The position numbers were made by a program, and so were the translations under genes. The notes under the pieces were generated by a model that had not been told where the DNA came from, did no database searches, and saw only the letters and a program-made list of their open reading frames with translations. From NCBI GenBank assembly GCA_963666735.1, contig OY762926.1, positions 2,592,001 to 2,656,000 of the forward strand: DNA of 64,000 nt, given 5' to 3'. Shown in pieces: positions 55,384-64,000 of this stretch (its first letter is position 1; every line of letters begins with the position of its first letter). This DNA comes from Gemmatimonadota bacterium (lineage in GTDB: Bacteria; Gemmatimonadota; Gemmatimonadetes; Palauibacterales; Palauibacteraceae).

Positions 55384-56676
55384 ATGAGAAGTCACGTTCG
55401 GGGCCTCGGGCTCGTCATGGCGATCGGGATCGCGTCGACCACCTGCGGGGGATCGTCGCTGCCGCCCGGGATGTCGGCCGGAGCCGTGGCCGCGTTTGAG
55501 GCGTGCCGCGAGTTGGCGTGGGAGGAGAAGCAGGGATGCTACGAAGCGCGGCTCCTCGACGAACTCGACGGGGCCGGGGTGGGCGCGTCGCTGGAAATGC
55601 TCGAGTCGCTGGCCGCGGCGGACATGGCGGTTCGGTCGCAGTCCCATGTTCTCACCCACGCGATCGGCATCAACGCCTACTCCCCCGGCGAGTCGTTCGC
55701 CGATGTCTTCGGAGAGTGCACGGAACTCTTCCAGTCGGGGTGCTACCACGGGGTCGTCCAGGCCTATTTCATCGCCACGGGCGACCCGAACGAGGAGATG
55801 GTCGCCGGACTCTGCGAGCCCTACGAAGCGGACCCCGCCGACCGCTGGCTGCTCTTCCAGTGCCTGCACGGTCTCGGACACGGCCTGACGATGTACTACG
55901 GCCACCACCTTCTCATGGCGCTCGAGGGCTGCGACCTGCTGGCGACCCGATGGAACCGCGACTCCTGCTACGGCGGCGCGTTCATGGAGAACGTCGTCAA
56001 CGCGATCGCCCCTCATCATCCGGCCGCCGCGCTCGTGTCCGATGGAGCCGCGATGGACGCGATGGAGGGCGGGGCGGAGGAAGCGGCCGAAGCCCCCGAC
56101 CATGGCGCGGGCGCGCACGATCACGGGGCGATGGCGATGGCCGAGGGCATGACGGAGGGCATCGAACCGTTCGAGGCCATGCGCGCCGACGACCCGCACT
56201 ATCCCTGCTCGATTCTGGACGAGCAGTACCTGACCGCCTGTTACCTGATGCAGACGTCCGCCATGCTCTGGCTGAACGACTGGGACATCGCGGACGCGGC
56301 CTCCTCCTGTCGCGAGGCGCCCGACGGTTGGCGAGACGACTGCTTCGTGAGCCTCGGCCGCGACATCAGCGGCCGCACGCTTCAGGACGAGGGCGACGCG
56401 CGCCGCGAGTGCCAAGAGACGCCGGAGGACTATCGCGAATGGTGCTACGCGGGCGTCGTCAAGAACTTCGTCGACGTCACCGCGACGACGGAAGCCGGTT
56501 TCTCGTTCTGCCGCACCGTCGAGGACTGGGCCAAACCCCGGTGCCACGAAGCCATGGGGGAGGAACTGTACGTGCTCTACGCGGACGAAGCCGGGCGGCG
56601 CGAGGCGTGCGAGGCGTCGGAGACGGAAGAACTCGCGCTCGCGTGCCGGCGCGGCGCCCGCGTGCGGACGGATTAG
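55384..56676 (+). CDS. Exported Cys/His/Met-rich repeat protein of unknown function
   Basis: Signal or lipoprotein-like N-terminus; SHVLTHAIG, GCYHG, CLHGLGHG, CYGGAFME; regularly spaced Cys pairs; GAGG SD. Confidence 0.8.
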   Translation: MRSHVRGLGLVMAIGIASTTCGGSSLPPGMSAGAVAAFEACRELAWEEKQGCYEARLLDELDGAGVGASLEMLESLAAADMAVRSQSHVLTHAIGINAYSPGESFADVFGECTELFQSGCYHGVVQAYFIATGDPNEEMVAGLCEPYEADPADRWLLFQCLHGLGHGLTMYYGHHLLMALEGCDLLATRWNRDSCYGGAFMENVVNAIAPHHPAAALVSDGAAMDAMEGGAEEAAEAPDHGAGAHDHGAMAMAEGMTEGIEPFEAMRADDPHYPCSILDEQYLTACYLMQTSAMLWLNDWDIADAASSCREAPDGWRDDCFVSLGRDISGRTLQDEGDARRECQETPEDYREWCYAGVVKNFVDVTATTEAGFSFCRTVEDWAKPRCHEAMGEELYVLYADEAGRREACEASETEELALACRRGARVRTD

Positions 56677-56688
56677 CAGCCCGGCCGG

Positions 56689-57384
56689 CTAACCGTCCCC
56701 GTTGCCGCTCTCCGCTCCGCTCTCTGCGCCTCTCGCCGCGCGCATGAAGCGTCGCAGCAGCCTCTCGTCGAGCCGACCGTCCGTTCTCACTCCCGAGCAG
56801 ACATCCACGCCGAAGGGACGAACCGCGCGCAGGGCCGCGGCCACGTTGGTCGACCGGAGGCCCCCGGCGAGGTAAACCGGACAGTCGGCCCGCTCGACGA
56901 TGGCGCGGCTGTGGCTCCAGTCGTGCACGCGGCCCGTGCCCCCGAGTTGCCGCACGGGGAGGTCCGGGTCGCCCGAATCGAGCAGGACCGCGTCGACCAG
57001 CGGCGCCACCGCGACCGCTTCCTCCACCGAGTGCTCCCCCCGGACGTGCACCACCTGAACGAGCGACACCCCCGGCAGACGGCGGCGCAGACCGCGGAGC
57101 GCATCGGGCGTCAGCCGGTCCACGAGTTGGAGCGTGTCGGCCCCGGCGTCGCGCTGCTGGGCCGCGATCTCCTCCGGGTCCGTTCGCGACGTGAGCAGGA
57201 AGGTCGCGACGCCGCGGGGGACTCCGGCCGCGATGCGGCGGATCGTCGCCTCGTCGATGACCCCCGGCCCGCTCGGCATCGCGGAGACGAGGCCGATCGC
57301 CGTCGCCCCGTAGCGGGCGGCCAGCGCGGCCTCCCCGGGGCTCTCGATACAGCAGATCTTGACGGCGGGCTCACGCCGGCTCAG
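56689..57384 (-). CDS. trpF: Phosphoribosylanthranilate isomerase (start probably CTG)
   Basis: [41 protein letters not shown]. Confidence 0.85.
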   Translation of the reverse strand: MSRREPAVKICCIESPGEAALAARYGATAIGLVSAMPSGPGVIDEATIRRIAAGVPRGVATFLLTSRTDPEEIAAQQRDAGADTLQLVDRLTPDALRGLRRRLPGVSLVQVVHVRGEHSVEEAVAVAPLVDAVLLDSGDPDLPVRQLGGTGRVHDWSHSRAIVERADCPVYLAGGLRSTNVAAALRAVRPFGVDVCSGVRTDGRLDERLLRRFMRAARGAESGAESGNGDG

Positions 57385-58418
57385 GCGGGCGCCCCCGTGG
57401 CGGCGCGCTCGACGCCGAGTCCCGGGCCGTCGGGCAGGACGATTCGACCCTCCTCGAGATGCGGGCCGTTGAACGGATCGGAACGGAGGAGCGCGGCGCC
57501 GTCCAGGTCCGCGTAGTCCACGAGCGGGGCCAGGTGCGCCGCGGGCGCGATCCCGAGGCTCGTCTCCAGCATGCACCCGAGCATGACCGAGAGGCCGCAC
57601 GCGCGCGCGGTGTGCACCATGCGGAGCGCCTCTCTCGGACCTCCGCACTTCGCGAGTTTGATGTTGATGCCGTCGACGAGGCCGTCGAGTCGCGGGATGT
57701 CGCTTGCCACGATGCTCGACTCGTCCACGACGATGGGCAGGACCGCGCGCGAGCGGACGAAGGCCAACTCGTCGTTCTCCGTCGGCGGGAGCGGCTGCTC
57801 CACGAACTCCACCCCGTACTCGGCGCACATCGCGATCCCCTCCACGGCCTCGGCGGGAGTCCAGGCCGCGTTCGCGTCCACGCGCAGGATCTTGTCGGGC
57901 GCCGCGCCGCGGACGGCGCTCAGCCGCGCTTCGTCGTCGTCGCTCCCGAGCTTGATCTTGAGGATGGGCCACGCTTCGGCCTCGCGCGTCTTGCGGGCCA
58001 TGACGTCCGGAGCGTCGATGCCGATCGTGAACGAACTGAGGGGCGCGTCCGCCGGATCCAGGCCCCACAGCTTCCAGAGCGGAAGCCCGGCGCGCTTTCC
58101 GACCCAGTCGTGAAGCGCGGCGGAAACCGCGCAGCGGGCCGACCCGTTGCGGCCGAGGAGGCTCGCGAGGTCCCGCTCTATGTTCTCGAGCCGGAACGGG
58201 TCTTCGACCTCCTCGAGGCGGGGGGCCAGCTTCTTCAGCGCGGCTTCCACCGTGTCCGCCGTCTCCCCGTAGTACCCGGACGGATCCGCCTCGCCCCAGC
58301 CTTCGATCCCCTCGTGTTCCAGCCGCAGCCACACCAGGTCGTCACCCGTCTTCACGCCCCGGCTGATGCCGAAGGGGTGCGCCGTCTCGACGTGGAACTG
58401 CTCCCAGGAAACTCTCAA
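57381..58418 (-). CDS. L-Ala-D/L-Glu dipeptide epimerase (enolase superfamily)
   Basis: [51 protein letters not shown] start overlaps the upstream TGA. Confidence 0.92.
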   Translation of the reverse strand: MRVSWEQFHVETAHPFGISRGVKTGDDLVWLRLEHEGIEGWGEADPSGYYGETADTVEAALKKLAPRLEEVEDPFRLENIERDLASLLGRNGSARCAVSAALHDWVGKRAGLPLWKLWGLDPADAPLSSFTIGIDAPDVMARKTREAEAWPILKIKLGSDDDEARLSAVRGAAPDKILRVDANAAWTPAEAVEGIAMCAEYGVEFVEQPLPPTENDELAFVRSRAVLPIVVDESSIVASDIPRLDGLVDGINIKLAKCGGPREALRMVHTARACGLSVMLGCMLETSLGIAPAAHLAPLVDYADLDGAALLRSDPFNGPHLEEGRIVLPDGPGLGVERAATGAPA

Positions 58419-59650
58419 CGCTCGCTCGTCCGCCAGAGGTTGTACTGGATGCGGGAAGGCGTGACTTCCGGTCCGTCCTCGCGCATGTAGACGTCGATTT
58501 CCGTCCGGTGGCCGAAGCGTCCCTCCAGGTAGACGCCGGGCTCGACGGAAAAGCCGACGCCCGCCACGAGCCGCCGGTCGTCCCGCATCTCGATGCTGTC
58601 CAGGGTGGGACCGACGCCGTGGAGTTCGCGGTCGATGCCGTGCCCGGTGCGATGGAAGATGGCGTCTTCGTAGCCGCGCGCGATCAGCGTGTCCCGGGCG
58701 GCCCGGTCCGCGTCGGCGCCGGTGGCGCCCGGGTCCTCCCGGATGACGTCGACCGCCGCGTCGCGGGCCGCGACGACCGCCTCCCAGCCGGCGATCACGT
58801 CGGCGGGCGGCGCCGGGCCGAGAAAACCCATCCACGTCTGGTCGGCGAAGACCGCGTCGGGTTCCCCCGCCACGCGCCCCCACAGATCGACCATGAACAC
58901 CCGGTCCGCCGTCAGGATCGACGATCCCTCGGCCCGGGGTTCGTAGTGCGGCTTGGCGGCGTTGGGACCCACCGCGACGATCGTGTCCGCCTCCGTCAGG
59001 CCCTCGGCGCGCAGGCGCGCCCGGATCCACTCGGCGAGGTCGTGCTCCGTAACCGGGGTGGGCTCGTCGGAGGTATCGAATGCGGCGGCGGTCCCGGGAT
59101 CCGCCTCGGGCGTCAGTCCCGCCGCGCGCGCGGCCAGTTCGAACGCCGTCCGCGCGGTCCGCGCCAGGATCTCGGCCGCCCCGTGGTGCAGTGCGTGCCC
59201 GTGCGCGCCCCACTGGGCCGCCGTCCCGGAGATCAGGTCCACCGAACTGACGACCCGGGGCCCGAGCGACTCGACCAGTTCGACGACGCCGGCGGGGACG
59301 TGGTCCACATACGGGATCGAGTCCCGGGGGCTCACCTCCATCGCGACCGTATCCATGCCCCGCAGCATCTCGCGCAGCGCCGCCTCCATCTCGTCCCAAC
59401 CGACGTAGCTCGTGAGCCGGTGCGGCCACCCCTCCCAACCGGACACCTCGATCTTCTGGACGAGCGCGTGCGGCGTCCGCCCCGGTTCGATGAGGACGAA
59501 GTACCGGCGTTTCTGGCCTTCGGGCAGGCCGACGAGGTGCGCCGCCAGCGGATTGAGGGCCCGGAAGTCGTACAGCAGCCAGGCATCGGTTTTCTGTCGC
59601 TCGAGCTCGCGGGAAGCGGTCTCCAGGAAGGTGGCGTCGAGGTCGGGCAA
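58415..59650 (-). CDS. M24 family (Xaa-Pro) aminopeptidase
   Basis: NAAKPHY, VDLW, ADQTW, HRTGHGI..ELH, SVEPGVY, RTE. Confidence 0.92.
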   Translation of the reverse strand: MPDLDATFLETASRELERQKTDAWLLYDFRALNPLAAHLVGLPEGQKRRYFVLIEPGRTPHALVQKIEVSGWEGWPHRLTSYVGWDEMEAALREMLRGMDTVAMEVSPRDSIPYVDHVPAGVVELVESLGPRVVSSVDLISGTAAQWGAHGHALHHGAAEILARTARTAFELAARAAGLTPEADPGTAAAFDTSDEPTPVTEHDLAEWIRARLRAEGLTEADTIVAVGPNAAKPHYEPRAEGSSILTADRVFMVDLWGRVAGEPDAVFADQTWMGFLGPAPPADVIAGWEAVVAARDAAVDVIREDPGATGADADRAARDTLIARGYEDAIFHRTGHGIDRELHGVGPTLDSIEMRDDRRLVAGVGFSVEPGVYLEGRFGHRTEIDVYMREDGPEVTPSRIQYNLWRTSER

Positions 59651-59688
59651 GGCCGGGCTCCTGTTCTGCGGGGCGCGCTTCGGGGCGG

Positions 59689-60657
59689 TCAGCCCGTGGC
59701 GTCGCGCAGGGCCGTCAGGTGTGAGACGACGTTGCGTCCCAGTTCGTCGGGATTGTAACCGCCCTCGAGGAAGGAGACCACGCGGTTTCGGGCCGTGGCC
59801 CGCGTCCGCTCGACGACCCCGTGCGTCAGGGTGTCGAAGTGCGCCGGGGTGAGCGTGAAGCCCCCCAGCGGATCTTCCGCCCCCGCGTCGAACCCGGCGG
59901 AGATGAGCGTGATGTCGGGCTCGAAGTCGGCCGTGGCCCGGTCCACGCCATCGAGCAGCGTCTCCACATAGCGTTCGGGCGGGAGACCCGCGGGCATGGG
60001 GAGATTCAGCGTCGTTCCCTCCCCCGCTCCCCGCCCGCCTTCATCGGCCGACCCGGTGCCGGGGAAGAGCGGGTGCTGGTGCATCGAGAGGAAGAAGACG
60101 GAGGGGTCGTCATAGAAGATGTCCTGGGTCCCGTTTCCGTGGTGCACGTCCCAATCCACGATCAGCACCCGCTCGACTTCCGGCCGGACCAGGGCGTGAC
60201 GCGCGGCCACGCCGATGTGATTGAAGAGGCAGAAGCCCATGGCCCGGTCCGGCGTCGCGTGGTGGCCCGGCGGGCGCACGGCGCAGAGAGCGGCGCGGCA
60301 CGTCCCGTCGAGCACCGCGTCCACCGCCGCGACGCCGCACCCGGAGGCGGCCACGGCGGCGTCCCAGCTTCCCGGCGAGACGGGCGTGTCGGGATCGATC
60401 CGCTCGATCCGTCCGCTCTCGACGGACCGGTCGCAGACCGCACGCACGCGCTCCACGTGTCCCGGCGTGTGGGCCCGCTCCAGTTCGGCGACGCCGGCCG
60501 GGGGCGGCATGACGGGGAGGACATCCTCGTGAAGCTCGGGCAGCGCCCGCTCGAGCGCGCTCATCACGGCGCGGAGCCGGCCCTGGTGCTCCGGGTGACC
60601 CCAGCCCGTGTCGTGACGGCTGCAGTCGGGATGCTGAAACAGACCCAGACGCGTCAG
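59689..60657 (-). CDS. Histone deacetylase / acetylpolyamine amidohydrolase family (start probably CTG)
   Basis: HPEHQGRL upstream of the track start, RPPGHHA, GFCLFN, DWDVHHGNGTQ, SAGFD, LEGGY. Confidence 0.93.
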   Translation of the reverse strand: MTRLGLFQHPDCSRHDTGWGHPEHQGRLRAVMSALERALPELHEDVLPVMPPPAGVAELERAHTPGHVERVRAVCDRSVESGRIERIDPDTPVSPGSWDAAVAASGCGVAAVDAVLDGTCRAALCAVRPPGHHATPDRAMGFCLFNHIGVAARHALVRPEVERVLIVDWDVHHGNGTQDIFYDDPSVFFLSMHQHPLFPGTGSADEGGRGAGEGTTLNLPMPAGLPPERYVETLLDGVDRATADFEPDITLISAGFDAGAEDPLGGFTLTPAHFDTLTHGVVERTRATARNRVVSFLEGGYNPDELGRNVVSHLTALRDATG

Positions 60658-60667
60658 GGTCCGCCGC

Positions 60668-61507
60668 CTAGGTCGCGAAGGTGGCGAGGCTCTGTCCCTC
60701 GGGACCTTCCCGCAACTCCCGCAGCGCCCGGTCCCGGAGCTGGCGGACGCGTTCGCGCGTCACGCCCAGCAGGCGACCGATCTGCTCCAGCGTATGCGGG
60801 TCTTCGCCCTGCAGTCCGTAGTACAGGCGGACGACGCGGGCGTCCCGCGGCCGCAGACGCCGCAGGCCCTCGGCGATGTGCCGCTTCAGCAGACGCCCTT
60901 CGACGACTTCCGCGACATCCGTTTCGTCCGCGAGGAACCGCTCCGCGAGATCGCTGTCGTCGGCGGCCCCGACCCGCGCGTCGAGTCGAACCTCGCGCGC
61001 GTTCAGCCTCCGCAGCAGGGCGACCGTGGGCACCGTCAGCTTCGCTCCCTCCGCGATTTCCCGATCACTGGGTTCGCGATCGAGAGCCTGACGCAGTTCG
61101 CCCCGCACGCGGAGCATGCGCGCCAACTCGGTCGCCCGGTTGAGAGGCACGCGCACGGGCCGGCCCTGCTTCGCGATGGCGGACAGGATCGCCTGGCGAA
61201 TCCACCACACGGCGTAGCTGATGAACTTCACGCCGTGGTCCGGGTCGAACTTCCGGGCGGCAATGATCAGACCGACGTTCCCCTCCTGAATGAGGTCGAG
61301 GAAGCTCAGCCCCTTGTTGCGGTAGCGTCGGGCGACCGAGATGACGAAGCGCAGATTCGCACGGACGAGGCGGTCGAGGGCGGAGGCGTCCCCGCCGCGG
61401 GCGGAGCGGGCGGTCTCGCGCTCCTCGCTGGGGCTCAGGAGCGGATAACGACCCAGTTCCTCGAGGTAGCGTTCGAGGATGTTCGGCGACAAACCTTCGC
61501 GACCCAT
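60668..61507 (-). CDS. Sigma-70 family RNA polymerase sigma factor (RpoD/RpoS-like, lacking region 1.1)
   Basis: ANLRFVISVA, DLIQEGN.GL, KFISYAVWWIRQ, TLEQIG..LGVTRERVRQ. Confidence 0.95.
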   Translation of the reverse strand: MGREGLSPNILERYLEELGRYPLLSPSEERETARSARGGDASALDRLVRANLRFVISVARRYRNKGLSFLDLIQEGNVGLIIAARKFDPDHGVKFISYAVWWIRQAILSAIAKQGRPVRVPLNRATELARMLRVRGELRQALDREPSDREIAEGAKLTVPTVALLRRLNAREVRLDARVGAADDSDLAERFLADETDVAEVVEGRLLKRHIAEGLRRLRPRDARVVRLYYGLQGEDPHTLEQIGRLLGVTRERVRQLRDRALRELREGPEGQSLATFAT

Positions 61508-61663
61508 CGCAACTTCCTCCCTTCGCGGGCGTCGGCCAGGCCGGGCGGCCGGCCCATCTGCCGGCGTCGGCCGCCACGCACGAAACGTCGGTCGCTCCCC
61601 CGAAGCTAGCGCGGCTGGGCGCCCCCGCAAATCTGTCGCCGGATGCGCCACCCGCGGAGCCCG

Positions 61664-62467
61664 TCAGAAGCGGCCCCGGGCGCGCTCACGAGCCGGGAGG
61701 ACCTCGAGGCAGGTGGTCCACCAACCCGTGAGGATCGTGTCCACGAACTCCTCCGGCAGCGCTTCGTCGCGCATCTCGCGTGCGAGGCGCTCATGATCGT
61801 AGTCCACGGGCACGAACTCGAGGGCCGGCGGCGCCCCGGAGGCGGCGCCGAAATCGATCAGCGCGTACCAGACCTCCGTCCTCCCGTCGTTCGCGGGCCG
61901 GCCCAGCACGCCGACGTTCGCGAACAGCCCGCCGCCGGACAGCGGGCGCTGCCACGGAATCCCGGTATGGGTCGCGAGCACGACATCCGCCTCGTACTCG
62001 CGGGCGATCCAGGCCAGGAACTGCGTCGAGGTGGCGGATTCCCAGAGGAATTCGTTCATGCGCCGGGGGCTGCCGTGGCACATGAGCACCCGCGTGCCGT
62101 TCACGTCCAGACGGATCTCGCCGGGGAGACGGCCCATCCAGCGGCGCCACCGCTCGTGCGTGTTCCGAAACGTGTAGCGGTACGAGAGGCGCGCGAAGTA
62201 GTTGTCGCGGGGATCGGTGTAGCCGCACTGGCAATCGTCGAGGCCGCGCGCGATCGAATCGTCATAGTTCCCGCGCAGGACGCGCACATCGTGGTCGACG
62301 AGGAGCGGAAAGACCCGGTCCGGATGGGGGCCGAACGCCCCCAGGTCGCCCAGGCAGTAGAGCGCCTCCGCTCCCCGCGCCGTCGCGTCCTCGATCGCGG
62401 CGGCGAGCGCCAGGTGATTGCTGTAGACACCGCCGAAGACGGCGATCCGGCGCGGTTCAGGAGACAT
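61664..62467 (-). CDS. Metallophosphoesterase-fold protein with degenerate first metal motif
   Basis: GGVYSN in place of GDxH, LGDL, RGNYD, CQCGY, CHGSP, THTG, NVG..GRP, WWTTC. Confidence 0.85.
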   Translation of the reverse strand: MSPEPRRIAVFGGVYSNHLALAAAIEDATARGAEALYCLGDLGAFGPHPDRVFPLLVDHDVRVLRGNYDDSIARGLDDCQCGYTDPRDNYFARLSYRYTFRNTHERWRRWMGRLPGEIRLDVNGTRVLMCHGSPRRMNEFLWESATSTQFLAWIAREYEADVVLATHTGIPWQRPLSGGGLFANVGVLGRPANDGRTEVWYALIDFGAASGAPPALEFVPVDYDHERLAREMRDEALPEEFVDTILTGWWTTCLEVLPARERARGRF

Positions 62468-63407
62468 CCTGCCCGATGCCCCCGTAGTTGGAGCAGATCG
62501 CGCCGTACAGCCAGCACGTGTAGCACGCGGACTCGTCGAGCCGCACCGGGCGGGAGGCCTCCTCCAGCGTCGAACCCATGCGGGCCGCCGGCGTCTCGAT
62601 GAGGATGGGGCAGGCGTAGATGCCGCGGTTCGTCACCACCCGGCTCGAAGCGCAGAGCAGTTGGTTCTCGTCGTACCCCTCCATCATCGCCTCCGTCACC
62701 CGCTCCTCGTCCGTGTACGGGCGCACGCGGTCCGCTTCGCGTCCGATGCGGAGGGAGGGGAGGATCTTGAGCCGCGGGTTCTCGTACCCGAGGGCCCGAA
62801 GCCGGGCGACGAACGCCTGTCGCACCTCCTCATCTTGTTCCGGTTCCCACACCTGCGTGGCGGTGATGATCGGGAGGAATCCCTCCTCGAGCAGCTTCCG
62901 AACGCCGTCCATGGCGCGGTCGAACGTGCCCTCGCCCCGGATGGGGTCGTTCGTCTCGGGCGACGGCCCATCGAGAGAAACGCGCATCTCGAGCGAGTAG
63001 CTCGCCGCGCGCGCGATCCGGGCGATGGGTTTCAGGGCTCGCGCGGGGAGCAGCGTCCCGTTCGTCAGCACGGAGACCGGTCCCCGCTCCAGGGTCCGCT
63101 CCAGCATGGCCGGGAGATCGGGGTGCATGAACGGCTCGCCGCCGGTGAAGTAGTACTCCTTGACGCCCCACGACTCCGAGCGCCGGAGCCAGTCCTCGAC
63201 CTCGGCGAGCGACAGGAACTCGAAGCTGCGGTTGTCCGGGGCGCAGCTGATGAAGCAGTGGACGCAGCGCAAGTTGCAGACCGTTCCCGTGACCTGGAAC
63301 CAGAGCGTATCCAGGTGGTCGAGCTGCACGAGAGGCGCCTCGCCGGCCGCCCCGGCGCCGTTCGGCGCGGGCGCCGCCGAGTGGATTCGCCGCGCCTGCC
63401 TCCTCAC
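62457..63407 (-). CDS. Radical SAM protein with Cys-rich C-terminal extension
   Basis: CNLRCVHC (CxxxCxxC), FTGGEPF, LTNG, VSLDG; later C, CP and CYTC.....CSN; GTG start overlaps the upstream TGA. Confidence 0.92.
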   Translation of the reverse strand: MRRQARRIHSAAPAPNGAGAAGEAPLVQLDHLDTLWFQVTGTVCNLRCVHCFISCAPDNRSFEFLSLAEVEDWLRRSESWGVKEYYFTGGEPFMHPDLPAMLERTLERGPVSVLTNGTLLPARALKPIARIARAASYSLEMRVSLDGPSPETNDPIRGEGTFDRAMDGVRKLLEEGFLPIITATQVWEPEQDEEVRQAFVARLRALGYENPRLKILPSLRIGREADRVRPYTDEERVTEAMMEGYDENQLLCASSRVVTNRGIYACPILIETPAARMGSTLEEASRPVRLDESACYTCWLYGAICSNYGGIGQDVS

Positions 63408-64000
63408 GCCAGGACTGCCGTTCCCGAGTCCAGTTGTGCCTCCACTTCCTCTTCGGCGGCTTCGATCAGCGCCAGCACCGGCTTCGGATCGCGCGGCGCG
63501 GAAGGTTCGAAGGAGAAGATGCGCAGCACCCTGGCCGAGTGGTGCAGGGAACGTCCGAGCCGGGGGATGTCGATGAGGCCGCGCTCGCCCATCTCGGTCA
63601 GCCGGCGGACTTCGCCGTCGTTCCGCACGAGGAGCAGGTTGAGTTCGAGCATGCCCGGGTAGCTCGGGTAGTCGAGCATCACCGCTCCCTCGGACAGACC
63701 CCACTCGAGGGCCATGCGCCGCTCGAGCGCGGCGACGAGGTCCGCGCGACGCGACGGCCACGACGACAACGCGTTCGGAAGCTGGTCGCCCGTCAACTCC
63801 ACGAGCCGCTTCGGGAGGCGCCGGTCCACGAGCGCGCGCAGCAACTGGGCGGCGCGGCCGAACGTCGATGAGGGATCGTGCTCCCGGCCCGCCAACGATC
63901 GTTCTATCCGCCGGCCGATGAGCGAGAGCAGTTCCTCGTCGCTGGGACCCGCCAGGTCCTCCGAGGAGAGCAGACCGCTTTCGAGCGCCGTCTGGACGAG
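63404..64000 (-). CDS. C-terminal part of probable HD-domain phosphohydrolase; runs off the window
   Basis: Frame is open to the window edge (LVQTALESGLL...SDEELL...RRLPKR...VMLDYP), resembling C-termini of dNTPase-like HD proteins. The HD motif itself is not in the window. Confidence 0.55.
   Translation of the reverse strand, partial: LVQTALESGLLSSEDLAGPSDEELLSLIGRRIERSLAGREHDPSSTFGRAAQLLRALVDRRLPKRLVELTGDQLPNALSSWPSRRADLVAALERRMALEWGLSEGAVMLDYPSYPGMLELNLLLVRNDGEVRRLTEMGERGLIDIPRLGRSLHHSARVLRIFSFEPSAPRDPKPVLALIEAAEEEVEAQLDSGTAVLA

Noticed and set aside
55384..56676. Multiheme cytochrome c
   Set aside because: Motifs are CxHG and C-x(n)-C, not CxxCH.
57385..59438. Apparent long N-terminal extensions of trpF and the epimerase
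   Set aside because: Alternative-frame read-through of upstream genes; real starts overlap the upstream stops.
61664..63407. Selenocysteine recoding in the rSAM / phosphoesterase pair
   Set aside because: No in-frame TGA interrupts either reading frame.

Overview
High-GC bacterial chromosomal window with about 55 credible CDS. The gene complement (TonB receptor, TolC, Skp, Tat-exported molybdoenzymes, leishmanolysin-like Ig-repeat protease) indicates a diderm organism. It resembles marine or sponge-associated Gemmatimonadota, but that assignment is inference only. I found no rRNA, tRNA, CRISPR array, integrase or transposase. Main blocks in order: (1) higB-higA/ImmA toxin-antitoxin end; (2) periplasmic amidohydrolase, two sulfite-oxidase-family enzymes, amidase and TonB-dependent receptor; (3) a 760-aa orphan coupled to a DUF1460 amidase-like gene; (4) M16 peptidase and NagB/PIG-L fusion; (5) a LysW carrier-protein operon lysW-lysX-lysY-[Ntn hydrolase]-lysZ-lysJ, where lysW was missed by the ORF track; (6) decayed RND efflux genes; (7) a split HcrA/HcrC-like molybdenum hydroxylase; (8) a compositionally foreign defence block vsr-dcm-NotI-like REase-queF-AIPR, plus AbiEi/AbiEii; (9) tatA/B, HNH and priA; (10) a Cys/His/Met-rich exported protein; (11) a minus-strand run HD-rSAM-metallophosphoesterase / sigma70-HDAC-M24-epimerase-trpF. 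The best candidate for an undescribed system is the LysW operon. It lacks the release enzyme LysK and instead contains an EgtC/DUG3-like class II amidotransferase (a gamma-glutamyl-amide hydrolase family), which suggests a non-orthologous product-release step. Recurring oddities are apparent CTG start codons and short tandem repeats at many gene termini. All family calls come from motif recognition by eye, not database searches.
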